A stretch of DNA of 40,148 bases from a virus. Lineage: Duplodnaviria > Caudoviricetes. Position numbers and translations under genes: made by a program. Where the stretch lies: the IMG/VR virus record IMGVR_UViG_3300012921_000055, positions 1 through 40,148 of that record. One strand, given 5' to 3'. The notes beneath the pieces were generated by a model that ran no database searches, was not told where the DNA came from, and was given only the letters and a program-made list of their open reading frames with translations. Below, piece by piece: positions 1 to 7,054 of this stretch (the stretch's first letter is position 1; each line of letters begins with the position of its first letter).

Positions 1-189
1 ATGAAAAGCGCGGACGTGATCAAGGTTCTGGAAGCGAACGGGTGGGAGCGGCGGGGTCAGAAGGGCTCGCACGTCTCCTTTCGGAAGGCGGGCAACCCGA
101 ACGTGGTGACCGTCCCTCACCCGAAGCGCGACCTCCCCCTCGGAACGCTGCGCTCATTGGAAAAGCTAAGCGGCCTCACCTTCCGGTGA
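1..189 (+). CDS. hicA: HicA-family toxin (mRNA interferase)
   Basis: 62 aa, basic, with GW...QKGSH...VTVPHPKRDLPLGTLRS signature; lies upstream of hicB. Confidence 0.95.
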   Translation: MKSADVIKVLEANGWERRGQKGSHVSFRKAGNPNVVTVPHPKRDLPLGTLRSLEKLSGLTFR

Positions 190-245
190 GGCAGACGATG
201 ACCCGGACCAGCCGGGAGACGATGAAGACGAAGAGGACGATGACG

Positions 246-689
246 ATGGCGAAGGTTTTCTACATGGGCGTGGTCGAGCGAGGCCTGAACGGCTCCTACG
301 GCGTCTACTTTCCCGATCTGCCCGGCTGCGTGTCGGCAGCCGACAGTTTCGAGGAAACGGTCTCCGGCGGGCAGGAGGCGCTGGAGCTTCATCTGGAGAT
401 GATGCGCGAGGACGGTCTGACCATCCCCGATCCGAGCCCCGTCACGGCCTTCGACCCTGACGACTACCCCGGTTCCGACGTGGTGAAGATCGTGATGTTC
501 CCGGTCGAAGCGGCGGGAGAGACGAAAGAGGCCGCCGTGCGGGCGAACGTCACTATGAACCCGCGCCTCTTGCGCAAGGTCGATGCGGCCGCCGAAGCGC
601 ACGGCCTGACCCGCTCCGGTCTGCTCGCCCTGGCCGCTCGCCAGTGGATCAGCGCGAACCCCGGCGCCACGGATCGCCGGGCGGGATGA
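246..689 (+). CDS. hicB: HicB-family antitoxin with C-terminal RHH domain
   Basis: YGVYFPDLPGCVS...EALELHLE HicB motif and VRANVTMNPRLLRKVDAAA...TRSGLL RHH; GAGGA SD 8 nt before ATG 246. Confidence 0.93.
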   Translation: MAKVFYMGVVERGLNGSYGVYFPDLPGCVSAADSFEETVSGGQEALELHLEMMREDGLTIPDPSPVTAFDPDDYPGSDVVKIVMFPVEAAGETKEAAVRANVTMNPRLLRKVDAAAEAHGLTRSGLLALAARQWISANPGATDRRAG

Positions 690-1000
690 CGGACGACGCG
701 CCCGAATCGCTGCAGGCGATCAGCGAGGCGTTCGGCGAGGGCCCCTACCGGGACTTCGCCGAGACGGCCGGCCGCATCATCCAACGCAAGCTGGCGGAGC
801 GGGGTATGTCGGGCGTCGATCCGGCTGATATAGACCCAGACCTGAGCGAGCAGCTCCTTCGCGCCGCATGGATCGAGGCCGGGATCACCAGCTTCCCGGC
901 CGCGGACCCGGATCAGATCATCGCTGACCTGACCCGGCTCTTCGACATGATGGCGATGGACCTCGCCGCCAACGCCGACGGCGGCGACACCGAGCAGTGA
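686..1000 (+). CDS. Acidic hypothetical protein (104 aa) translationally coupled to hicB
   Basis: ATGA overlap with the hicB stop (686-689); coding-like codon usage; ends at the hairpin at 1009. Confidence 0.75.
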   Translation: MTDDAPESLQAISEAFGEGPYRDFAETAGRIIQRKLAERGMSGVDPADIDPDLSEQLLRAAWIEAGITSFPAADPDQIIADLTRLFDMMAMDLAANADGGDTEQ

Positions 1001-1002
1001 AG

Positions 1003-1034
1003 AAAAAAGGGGGCCGGCTGGGCCGACCCCCTTC
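1003..1034 (-). terminator. Rho-independent terminator, possibly bidirectional
   Basis: Minus strand GGGGGTCGGC-CCA-GCCGGCCCCC followed by TTTTTT; lies between convergent genes. Confidence 0.85.
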
Positions 1035-1055
1035 TGCTTGTTAATCGGCCGCCCG

Positions 1056-1394
1056 TCAGTGGGCGGGGCCGGCCCGGAGGTAGGTCGCCACCTGCCGAAG
1101 CATCGCCGCGTCGGCGCCATCGAGACGCTCGCCCCTCTCGAAGCTGTCGGCCACCAGATCCAGCTTCACGAAGGCATCGGCCGGGCTGACCACCGGCGCT
1201 TTGGCGACGGAGGCCCACAGGAGAGCGATGTTGGTGGTCAGCAGCGCGGCGGCATCATCGCTGATACCCGGACGATCCAGCCTCGCCTCGGCAGCCCGGA
1301 TGGCCTGATGAAGGTCGGCCAGGGTCCGGCGAGCGGGAGGCGCGACCACTTCCGGCACGGAAGCGGTCGGCCTGACGGCGCAGACGGCCGTCAC
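1056..1394 (-). CDS. Hypothetical helical protein, in the antirepressor-like position downstream of an arc-like gene
   Basis: GTGA overlap with the upstream Arc-like gene; APVVSPADAFVKL motif. Confidence 0.7.
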   Translation of the reverse strand: MTAVCAVRPTASVPEVVAPPARRTLADLHQAIRAAEARLDRPGISDDAAALLTTNIALLWASVAKAPVVSPADAFVKLDLVADSFERGERLDGADAAMLRQVATYLRAGPAH

Positions 1395-1555
1395 GTCGAG
1401 GCGCTTTCGGCGGGGGTGAGCTTGATACCCTCCAGAAGCACGACGATCTCGCTGTTGAGCGACCGCCGGTTCCGCCGCGCCGACGCAGCTAAGGCGTCCC
1501 GCAGCGCACCGGGTAACCGTAGCGTCACGCCGACAGTGACAGTCTCGGTCGCCAT
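1391..1555 (-). CDS. Arc-family RHH DNA-binding protein
   Basis: VTLRLPGALRDALAASARRNRRSLNSEIV Arc signature; SD AAGGGAG before ATG 1555. Confidence 0.9.
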   Translation of the reverse strand: MATETVTVGVTLRLPGALRDALAASARRNRRSLNSEIVVLLEGIKLTPAESAST

Positions 1556-1649
1556 AGTGTCTCCCTTCATCAAAATGGTGTCAGGACACTATGGCGCATC
1601 ATTTCGATGCGCAAGGGGTCGTGGTTGCGATTTTCACCGTTTTAGTGTC
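1550..1649. promoter_or_regulatory. Divergent control region with putative RHH operators
   Basis: TRGTGTC at 1555, 1576, 1643 and inverted at 1585; 12-bp IR 1550-1561/1585-1596; 7-bp IR 1594-1600/1606-1612. Confidence 0.65.
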
Positions 1650-1659
1650 ATGGGGACGG

Positions 1660-1953
1660 ATGGCCCGCCAAGATGACTATTCCCGGATCACCCTGCGCCT
1701 TCCGCCCGAGCTTCATGAGAAGGTGCGTAAGGCCGCGGGCGAGCGCAGCCTGAACGCGGAAATTATCACCCGGCTGGAGCGGACGTTCGAAGAGGACGAC
1801 ACCGTAGCCGGCCACGAGGTGCGGCTCGAAGACCTAGAGCGGCGGATGGACGAGATGAACGACGAGTATGACGCTCGTTTCGACAAGGTCGAAAACCGGG
1901 TCTGGCGCCTACTCGAACACGCTGGCCTCTACGACCCGAACCCCGAAAAGTGA
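1660..1953 (+). CDS. Arc/Mnt-family RHH regulator with C-terminal coiled coil
   Basis: ITLRLPPELHEKVRKAAGERSLNAEIITRLE followed by a heptad-like LEDLERRMDEM...FDKVENRV. Confidence 0.9.
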   Translation: MARQDDYSRITLRLPPELHEKVRKAAGERSLNAEIITRLERTFEEDDTVAGHEVRLEDLERRMDEMNDEYDARFDKVENRVWRLLEHAGLYDPNPEK

Positions 1954-1959
1954 ACGGGC

Positions 1960-2763
1960 CTAGCGCCCGTTCTGGATGATCACCTCGCCCGCTGACTGAC
2001 CGCCGCTCTGGATTCCGTAGGTCGTCTGGACCGCCTCGATACGGAAGGCCGCGAAGGTTTCGCGGACCTCCGGCCGGTCGTTCAGGGACAGGATGAACCG
2101 CCCCTTGATGCCGGCCAGGATCAGCGCCAGCACCTCGAACTGGTCGCGGTTGAAGAGGTCGGCGCCATAGTCGCCCTCGTTCCCCCAATAGGGCGGGTCG
2201 ATATAGAACAGGGTCTCCGGCGAGTCGTAGCGCGGGATGAAGCTGTCGAACGACATGCGCTCGATCACCACCCCGGCCATCCGCTCGTGCAGATCCTCCA
2301 GAATGGGCCCGAGCTTCGTCACGTCGAACCGGCCGGGATCGCGGACGGTGACGCCGAAGTTCCGGCCCTCGACTTTGCCGCCGAAGGCGCAGCGCTGGAG
2401 GTAGAGGAAGCGGGCGGCCCGCTCCAGATCGGTGAGGGTGGACGGGTCCACCTTCAGGAGCCGTTCGAACTCGGCTCGAGTAGTCAGTTGGAAGCGGAGC
2501 ATATCGCGGAACAGCGGGTAGTGGCGCTGCAGGATGCGATAGAGCGTCGAAACGTCCTGACTGAAGTCGTTGATGACCTCGACAGGCGGACGCAGCGAGC
2601 GGCGCAGGAACACGCCGCCCATCCCCACGAACGGCTCCGCATAGGTCCGATGGGGAATGGTCTCAATCAACGAGACGAGACGGCGAGCGAGGTTTCGCTT
2701 GCCGCCGATATACGCAGCGGCCGGTCGCACGGGAGCGACGGCCGAGAAGGGACTCGACTCCAT
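1960..2763 (-). CDS. Orphan DNA adenine methyltransferase (Dam/D12 class)
   Basis: YIGGK motif X, EPFVGMGGV motif I, INDF, and YIDPPY motif IV. Confidence 0.93.
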   Translation of the reverse strand: MESSPFSAVAPVRPAAAYIGGKRNLARRLVSLIETIPHRTYAEPFVGMGGVFLRRSLRPPVEVINDFSQDVSTLYRILQRHYPLFRDMLRFQLTTRAEFERLLKVDPSTLTDLERAARFLYLQRCAFGGKVEGRNFGVTVRDPGRFDVTKLGPILEDLHERMAGVVIERMSFDSFIPRYDSPETLFYIDPPYWGNEGDYGADLFNRDQFEVLALILAGIKGRFILSLNDRPEVRETFAAFRIEAVQTTYGIQSGGQSAGEVIIQNGR

Positions 2764-2779
2764 TGGTCTGTTTCTGCCT

Positions 2780-2887
2780 TAGACGGTCCCGCCCGGTGCA
2801 CGGGTGACGGGACTGATGACGGCCGCGGCCGTCTAGGTGCAGGTTCCGGCCTGCGGTTCGGGGTGTTACAGCACCCCTACCCCCGTC
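2780..2887. other. Structured intergenic element upstream of the methylase (candidate regulatory RNA)
   Basis: Hairpins GTCCCG/CGGGAC, GCAGG/CCTGC and GGGGTG-TTACAG-CACCCC; 16-bp palindrome at 2818-2833. Confidence 0.5.
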
Positions 2888-2909
2888 GATTTTCTCGAAG
2901 GAGAGATTT

Positions 2910-3461
2910 GTGATCGCTGCTCTCATCGCCCTGCTGACCTTGACGCCGCAGACGCCGCCAGCCGACTGGCCTATCGGCACCGAGCGTGAGGTCGAGGCCG
3001 GCGTCTATATGCAGGTCGTCGCCAGCGAGAGCGGGTGGCGTGTTTGGCGCACGGAGCAGCGGAGCGGGGTCAGCTGCAAGGCAGTGAAGTCGGCTGCTGG
3101 CCGCCCGCACCCTCGCCCGATAGGCGTCGGTGACGCGCTTTTCACCGGGACTCCCTACCTGACAATCGGTCTCTATCAGGACAGGTTCACCTATCGCTGG
3201 TCGGCCCGGCACCTCGGGAAGGTCAGGGTGAAATATCGGACGCCGGGTGATCGCTTCTGGGAGGAGGGCGCCGAGGTGAATTTCCCCGCCAACGTCATCG
3301 GTGAGCGGCCAATCGAGATTGAAGTGACGAGCTGGGAATATCCCGCGATCTACGAGGGCTATTCGGAAGAGGCGGCGACGTTCGACTTGGCCGGCCTCGC
3401 ATGGGCGCAAGAGCAGGTGCGGGTCTGCTCGTCCGCACCTATCGTCAAGCCTACAACGTAG
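2910..3461 (+). CDS. Exported hypothetical protein (moron)
   Basis: GAAGGAGA SD; hydrophobic N-terminus MIAALIALLTLT; two Cys; oriented opposite to the late operon. Confidence 0.8.
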   Translation: MIAALIALLTLTPQTPPADWPIGTEREVEAGVYMQVVASESGWRVWRTEQRSGVSCKAVKSAAGRPHPRPIGVGDALFTGTPYLTIGLYQDRFTYRWSARHLGKVRVKYRTPGDRFWEEGAEVNFPANVIGERPIEIEVTSWEYPAIYEGYSEEAATFDLAGLAWAQEQVRVCSSAPIVKPTT

Positions 3462-3463
3462 GA

Positions 3464-3589
3464 AGGCCCCGCGGCGGGTGCCGGCGGGCCTCGACGCCTC
3501 GGGGGCGTGACTGCTTCCGATCTGGAAGCAGTGCGCGGTCTGAGCTTGTTCCGGGCGGGAACAAGCCGAAACCGTTCTGGGCTAGAACG
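3464..3589. repeat. Array of five consecutive inverted repeats
   Basis: AGGCCC/GGGCCT, ACGCC/GGCGT, ACTGCTTCC/GGAAGCAGT, GCTTGTTCC/GGAACAAGC, CGTTCT/AGAACG. Confidence 0.8.
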
Positions 3590-3591
3590 AT

Positions 3592-3906
3592 TTAGCCCGG
3601 CGGCGACGGTCGGCGCTCAGGGGGCGCAGGAGGGCACTCGAAGGGCAGAGGCATCTTCTGGGCCCGCCAGAACCGGCAGGCCCGCCCAACGGCGGCCCAG
3701 CCCTCTTCTCCCCATGCCTCGACCGCGTTGTCATGCTGCTCGCCCGCGATGCGGCTCGTCAGCACGTCGTCGGGCGGAACAGGCTTCTCCTTAACCCGCA
3801 AGTCCTCGGCAGGCGGGAAGATCGCGCCCGGCGTCTCGCAGCTGGCGACAGCGACGGCGCAGCTCGCGATGATCAGGAAGACTGTCCGGGATTTGCTCAG
3901 CAGCAT
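3592..3906 (-). CDS. o-spanin (Rz1-like outer-membrane lipoprotein)
   Basis: Signal peptide with lipobox-like AVASC; Pro-rich; overlaps the 3' end of the i-spanin. Confidence 0.8.
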   Translation of the reverse strand: MLLSKSRTVFLIIASCAVAVASCETPGAIFPPAEDLRVKEKPVPPDDVLTSRIAGEQHDNAVEAWGEEGWAAVGRACRFWRAQKMPLPFECPPAPPERRPSPPG

Positions 3907-4150
3907 GGTCTCGCTCCTTTTGGCGGTCGGTGATGGCGGAGGTGTCGAGGGTCCGCTCGGTGGCGGCCGTCTCGCGGCCGGTCGAAGCCTGCGATTGCGC
4001 GCGCTGGTCCTCGGCGTCGTTGTCGGCGCGTTCGTCGCCCCGGCCGGCGAAGTAGATCGCCAGTGCCAGGGTGATCACCACCGCGACTGCGCCGATGGCG
4101 AGCCACGAGCGGGCGGGCAGGACTCGGAAGAACGCTGCGAACGGCATCAC
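3791..4150 (-). CDS. i-spanin (Rz-like)
   Basis: N-terminal TM, helical periplasmic part and C-terminal Cys pair; immediately after the endolysin. Confidence 0.8.
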   Translation of the reverse strand: MMPFAAFFRVLPARSWLAIGAVAVVITLALAIYFAGRGDERADNDAEDQRAQSQASTGRETAATERTLDTSAITDRQKERDHAAEQIPDSLPDHRELRRRCRQLRDAGRDLPACRGLAG

Positions 4151-4854
4151 TCACCCCCGGTCTTGAGGGCGGCCTTCAGATCGGCGCTGATATCGACCCG
4201 CTTCGCGCTCGACCACTTCGGCGCATACGACGGCTTCGAGACCTCGTAGACCGTCGCCTTGCCGTCAGACGACCACCGGCCGTCGAAGAACAGGTCGCGC
4301 TCTTTTTTGCGGCGCTCGATGATCGAGGCGGGCTTCTGCCAGTTCATGAACTCGGCCCGAGCCTTGTCGGCTTGGCCCCACTTCCACGACTGGACCCAAT
4401 CGGCGCTACCGATGGCGCCGGTGTTGTAGTGGAAGGAGAGCGCGGCGGCGAACTGCGCCTCGGTCAGGGCGTGACCACCGAACGCCGCCATGACCTCCGG
4501 GCCGTATTTGTTGGCGCAGAGCCAGAGATAGATCTCGATGCACCGCTGGATGCTCTGCGGGTTGTCCTTGTAGCGCTCGACGGAGTGACCCGACTTCGAG
4601 GTCACGCCGATGCCCCACGTCCAGACGCCGACGCTGTCCTTGTAGGCCTCGCGCACGATGGCCTCGTGGCCGATCAGCTCCAGCGCCACACGGAGGGTGA
4701 TCTGGCCGGGCAGCCACGGCGGCGCAGGCTCGGCCTCGGCATCGGCCAGGCCGAAGCCGTCGGCCAGCGTCCCGATGAGCTGGACGTCGGCGGGCGTGAA
4801 CTTCTGGCCGGGCGCGAACGGGCGCACCGCGGCGAATAGACCTTCGCGGGTCAT
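4147..4854 (-). CDS. Endolysin, GH24 (T4/P21-type) lysozyme
   Basis: HEAIVREAYKDSVGVWTWGIG gives the E-x8-D-x5-T triad; SFHYNTG and RRKKERDLF motifs. Confidence 0.92.
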   Translation of the reverse strand: MTREGLFAAVRPFAPGQKFTPADVQLIGTLADGFGLADAEAEPAPPWLPGQITLRVALELIGHEAIVREAYKDSVGVWTWGIGVTSKSGHSVERYKDNPQSIQRCIEIYLWLCANKYGPEVMAAFGGHALTEAQFAAALSFHYNTGAIGSADWVQSWKWGQADKARAEFMNWQKPASIIERRKKERDLFFDGRWSSDGKATVYEVSKPSYAPKWSSAKRVDISADLKAALKTGGE

Positions 4855-4903
4855 GGCAGCTCCTGAATGTCTGGGGGTGCGGCCAGCGGGCCGCTATGGG
4901 GCC

Positions 4904-5302
4904 TTAGCGGCGAAGCGGGGGGCCGCCGCCCTCTGCGATCCGGCTGGCCTCGGCTTCGGCCGCGCCCGCCACCTGATCAGCCGCGTCTACGGCTGCGTCC
5001 TTCGCATCGATCGGATGGCCGCCGGCAGCGGCAGCCGCGGTGATCGCGTCTGCCATCTTGCCGGTGTTCTCGGTTTTCTTCGCGTCAGCGGCGTCCTGAC
5101 CGGCCTTGTTGATGAAGTAGAACGACAGCGCCATCGTCGCCATGCCCGAAAGCTGGCCGATCATGTAGACCACGATATCCTTGTTCGCCTCCGGGACAGC
5201 TCGGAGCAGCATCGCCGCCAGAGCGGCGACGAAGGCGAACACCAGACCGCTCGCGAGCCACATGCGCTGGAGGTCGAGGGTCTTGATGGTGGGGTCGGTC
5301 AT
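4904..5302 (-). CDS. Putative holin (2 TM)
   Basis: Two hydrophobic segments and a SFYF motif; directly upstream of the endolysin. Confidence 0.65.
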   Translation of the reverse strand: MTDPTIKTLDLQRMWLASGLVFAFVAALAAMLLRAVPEANKDIVVYMIGQLSGMATMALSFYFINKAGQDAADAKKTENTGKMADAITAAAAAGGHPIDAKDAAVDAADQVAGAAEAEASRIAEGGGPPLRR

Positions 5303-5796
5303 AGCTTGCTCTCCAGTCGTTTCGCCGCGTCAGCGACGGCATGCAGTTGGCGAATTTCGCCCTCTTGCTGGGTGACGCGCTCCAGCGCGGCGTTTCGCTC
5401 GCCGCGCAGCCGGATCACGTCGGCGTGGGACGTCGCCAGCGCGGCCTTCTGATCCGCGATGGTCTGCTGCAGGACCGCCTCGCGGGCGGCCGACGCGCGG
5501 GTCTCGGCCTCGGCTTCCACCACGCGCGAACGAAGCTCGTTCAGCACGTCCTGAAGCCGCTCGATCTCCTCGCGGAGGGAGGCGGTCGTGCCGGTGAAAG
5601 CCGTAGCCATCGCGCCGATTACAGCCGCTTCGCCCTGGGCGTGGTCGCGGCTCGCGACGGCCGCGAGGGCGGCCTTGTCTTCCTTCGAGCGAAACTTGCG
5701 CAGCAGCTCCGTCAGGATTGCACCGACAGCGGATGAGCCGATCAGAGCGAGAACGATCTGCGTGAGGGTCAGGGTGGTGTTAGCAGTCTCCGGCAC
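5299..5796 (-). CDS. Membrane-anchored coiled-coil protein (lysis region)
   Basis: GTG start with GGGGGA SD; N-terminal TM followed by long heptad repeats. Confidence 0.65.
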   Translation of the reverse strand: MPETANTTLTLTQIVLALIGSSAVGAILTELLRKFRSKEDKAALAAVASRDHAQGEAAVIGAMATAFTGTTASLREEIERLQDVLNELRSRVVEAEAETRASAAREAVLQQTIADQKAALATSHADVIRLRGERNAALERVTQQEGEIRQLHAVADAAKRLESKL

Positions 5797-6136
5797 GGGC
5801 GGTCCCCCTGATGGCGCGACGGACGCAGAACGCGGCACGGATCATGTGCCAGAGGGTCACCGCAGCCACCGCGCCGGCCATCCCGGTGAGGGAGGCCGTC
5901 AGCAGCTCGTTGCCGATCAAGGTGGAGAGGCGAGCGGTCGCCCCGGAGAAGAACACATGCGGGAGCATGCTCAGCTCCGCCGCGACACAGGAGAGCGGGC
6001 TGCTGATCGTCCGCGGAGCGTGGGCTTCCAGAGCACGGCGCCATGGCCGGAGCGCCCGAAGGGTCCACCACAGGGCGCCGCCCACGCCGAAAGCGGCGAT
6101 GGCGACGAACAGGTTCGCCAGTTCCATGAGGGTCAT
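5780..6136 (-). CDS. Multi-TM membrane protein (holin/antiholin candidate)
   Basis: About three hydrophobic segments; located at the start of the lysis cassette. Confidence 0.6.
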   Translation of the reverse strand: MTLMELANLFVAIAAFGVGGALWWTLRALRPWRRALEAHAPRTISSPLSCVAAELSMLPHVFFSGATARLSTLIGNELLTASLTGMAGAVAAVTLWHMIRAAFCVRRAIRGTARAGDC

Positions 6137-6188
6137 GGTTCACCGCCTGTCGGCATGCGGGGCTCCTGCGCTGGTGGGGCGGGTCGGC

Positions 6189-6548
6189 TCAGACCAAGGG
6201 TGGCGGCGGGACGGCACTCGCGAGGCCGGGCGCAGCGAGTTCCGGCACCGGCGGAGCCGGGTTCACGGCGGCCTCGGCTCCCTTCACGTCTTGCTCGATG
6301 CCGCGCACCATCGTGTCTAGGAAGCGGGCGAGGTTCTCGGCGTTCTGCCGGGTCGCGGACCCGACCGGGAGATTGGAGCCCAGAAGCTCATCCAGCTTGG
6401 CTCGGAAGCTCTCGTAGACCTTACCGCCGAACAGCTTCTCGGCACCCTGCAGCTTGTGCAGGTGACGGGTCGCCAACGCCTTCTGCATGGCGGCCTCCTC
6501 TTCGTCAGTCGAGGGCACGGCATAGGTGGGGGTTTTTGCGGCGGTCAC
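6189..6548 (-). CDS. Hypothetical protein
   Basis: GTGA overlap with the upstream gene; coding-like codon usage. Confidence 0.7.
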   Translation of the reverse strand: MTAAKTPTYAVPSTDEEEAAMQKALATRHLHKLQGAEKLFGGKVYESFRAKLDELLGSNLPVGSATRQNAENLARFLDTMVRGIEQDVKGAEAAVNPAPPVPELAAPGLASAVPPPPLV

Positions 6549-7054
6549 TGTTCAGGCTCCATTGCTACATGGTCGGTTGAGGGCGAGGCATCGCCCGGAG
6601 GTGCGGGGAAGTCCCCGATGACGCCGGCGTCGCGGGCGACGGCGAACCAGTCCCGGACGGCCGCTCGATAGGTGTCCCAGAGGGATGCCGTGGGGCCACC
6701 GATGCGCACACGGTTGTCGAGCAGTTGGGTCCAGTCGCTCCGGGCCAGCGCCACATCGCGGCGGCCCCGGAGGTCGTTGAGAAGCTCTTCGCCCAAGCCA
6801 CCTTGCGCGGCCTGATATTCCCGCAGGGCGACCTCGTAGGCGGCCTGTTCCTCGCGTCGGAGCGTCGAACAGCACGTCGAGCAAACGAACTGGCGGCTGA
6901 AGAGGTCGGGTCGGTCCCGCACATCGAAAAAGCCCGAGGCGTGGACAACGCGGCGGCACTCGCACGAGTATCGGGCGTCGGCCTGCTCTGACCTGCCCTC
7001 TTCCGTAAGGAAGGTGGCGAGGTCCACGCGGAAGGGAGGCGTGGGCTCGGTCAT
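6545..7054 (-). CDS. Tail fibre assembly chaperone-like protein with Cys-rich N-terminus
   Basis: LRGRRDVALARSDWTQLLD...WDTYRAAVRD...FPAPP chaperone motif; CECR...CSTCC. Confidence 0.75.
   Translation of the reverse strand: MTEPTPPFRVDLATFLTEEGRSEQADARYSCECRRVVHASGFFDVRDRPDLFSRQFVCSTCCSTLRREEQAAYEVALREYQAAQGGLGEELLNDLRGRRDVALARSDWTQLLDNRVRIGGPTASLWDTYRAAVRDWFAVARDAGVIGDFPAPPGDASPSTDHVAMEPEQ

Noticed and set aside
42-245. N-terminal extension of HicB in the ORF track
   Set aside because: Overlaps hicA; the HicB motif and best SD point to ATG 246
1960-2763. Restriction-modification system
   Set aside because: No adjacent endonuclease-like ORF; the neighbours are an Arc regulator and an exported protein, so this is an orphan methylase
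2663-2980. Com-like activator ORF upstream of the methylase
   Set aside because: No CxxC zinc-finger pattern; overlaps two better-supported genes
3464-3589. CRISPR array or LexA boxes
   Set aside because: The units are not identical repeats with spacers and there are no cas genes; the cores are inverted GTTC-N7-GAAC, not the alphaproteobacterial GTTC-N7-GTTC direct repeat
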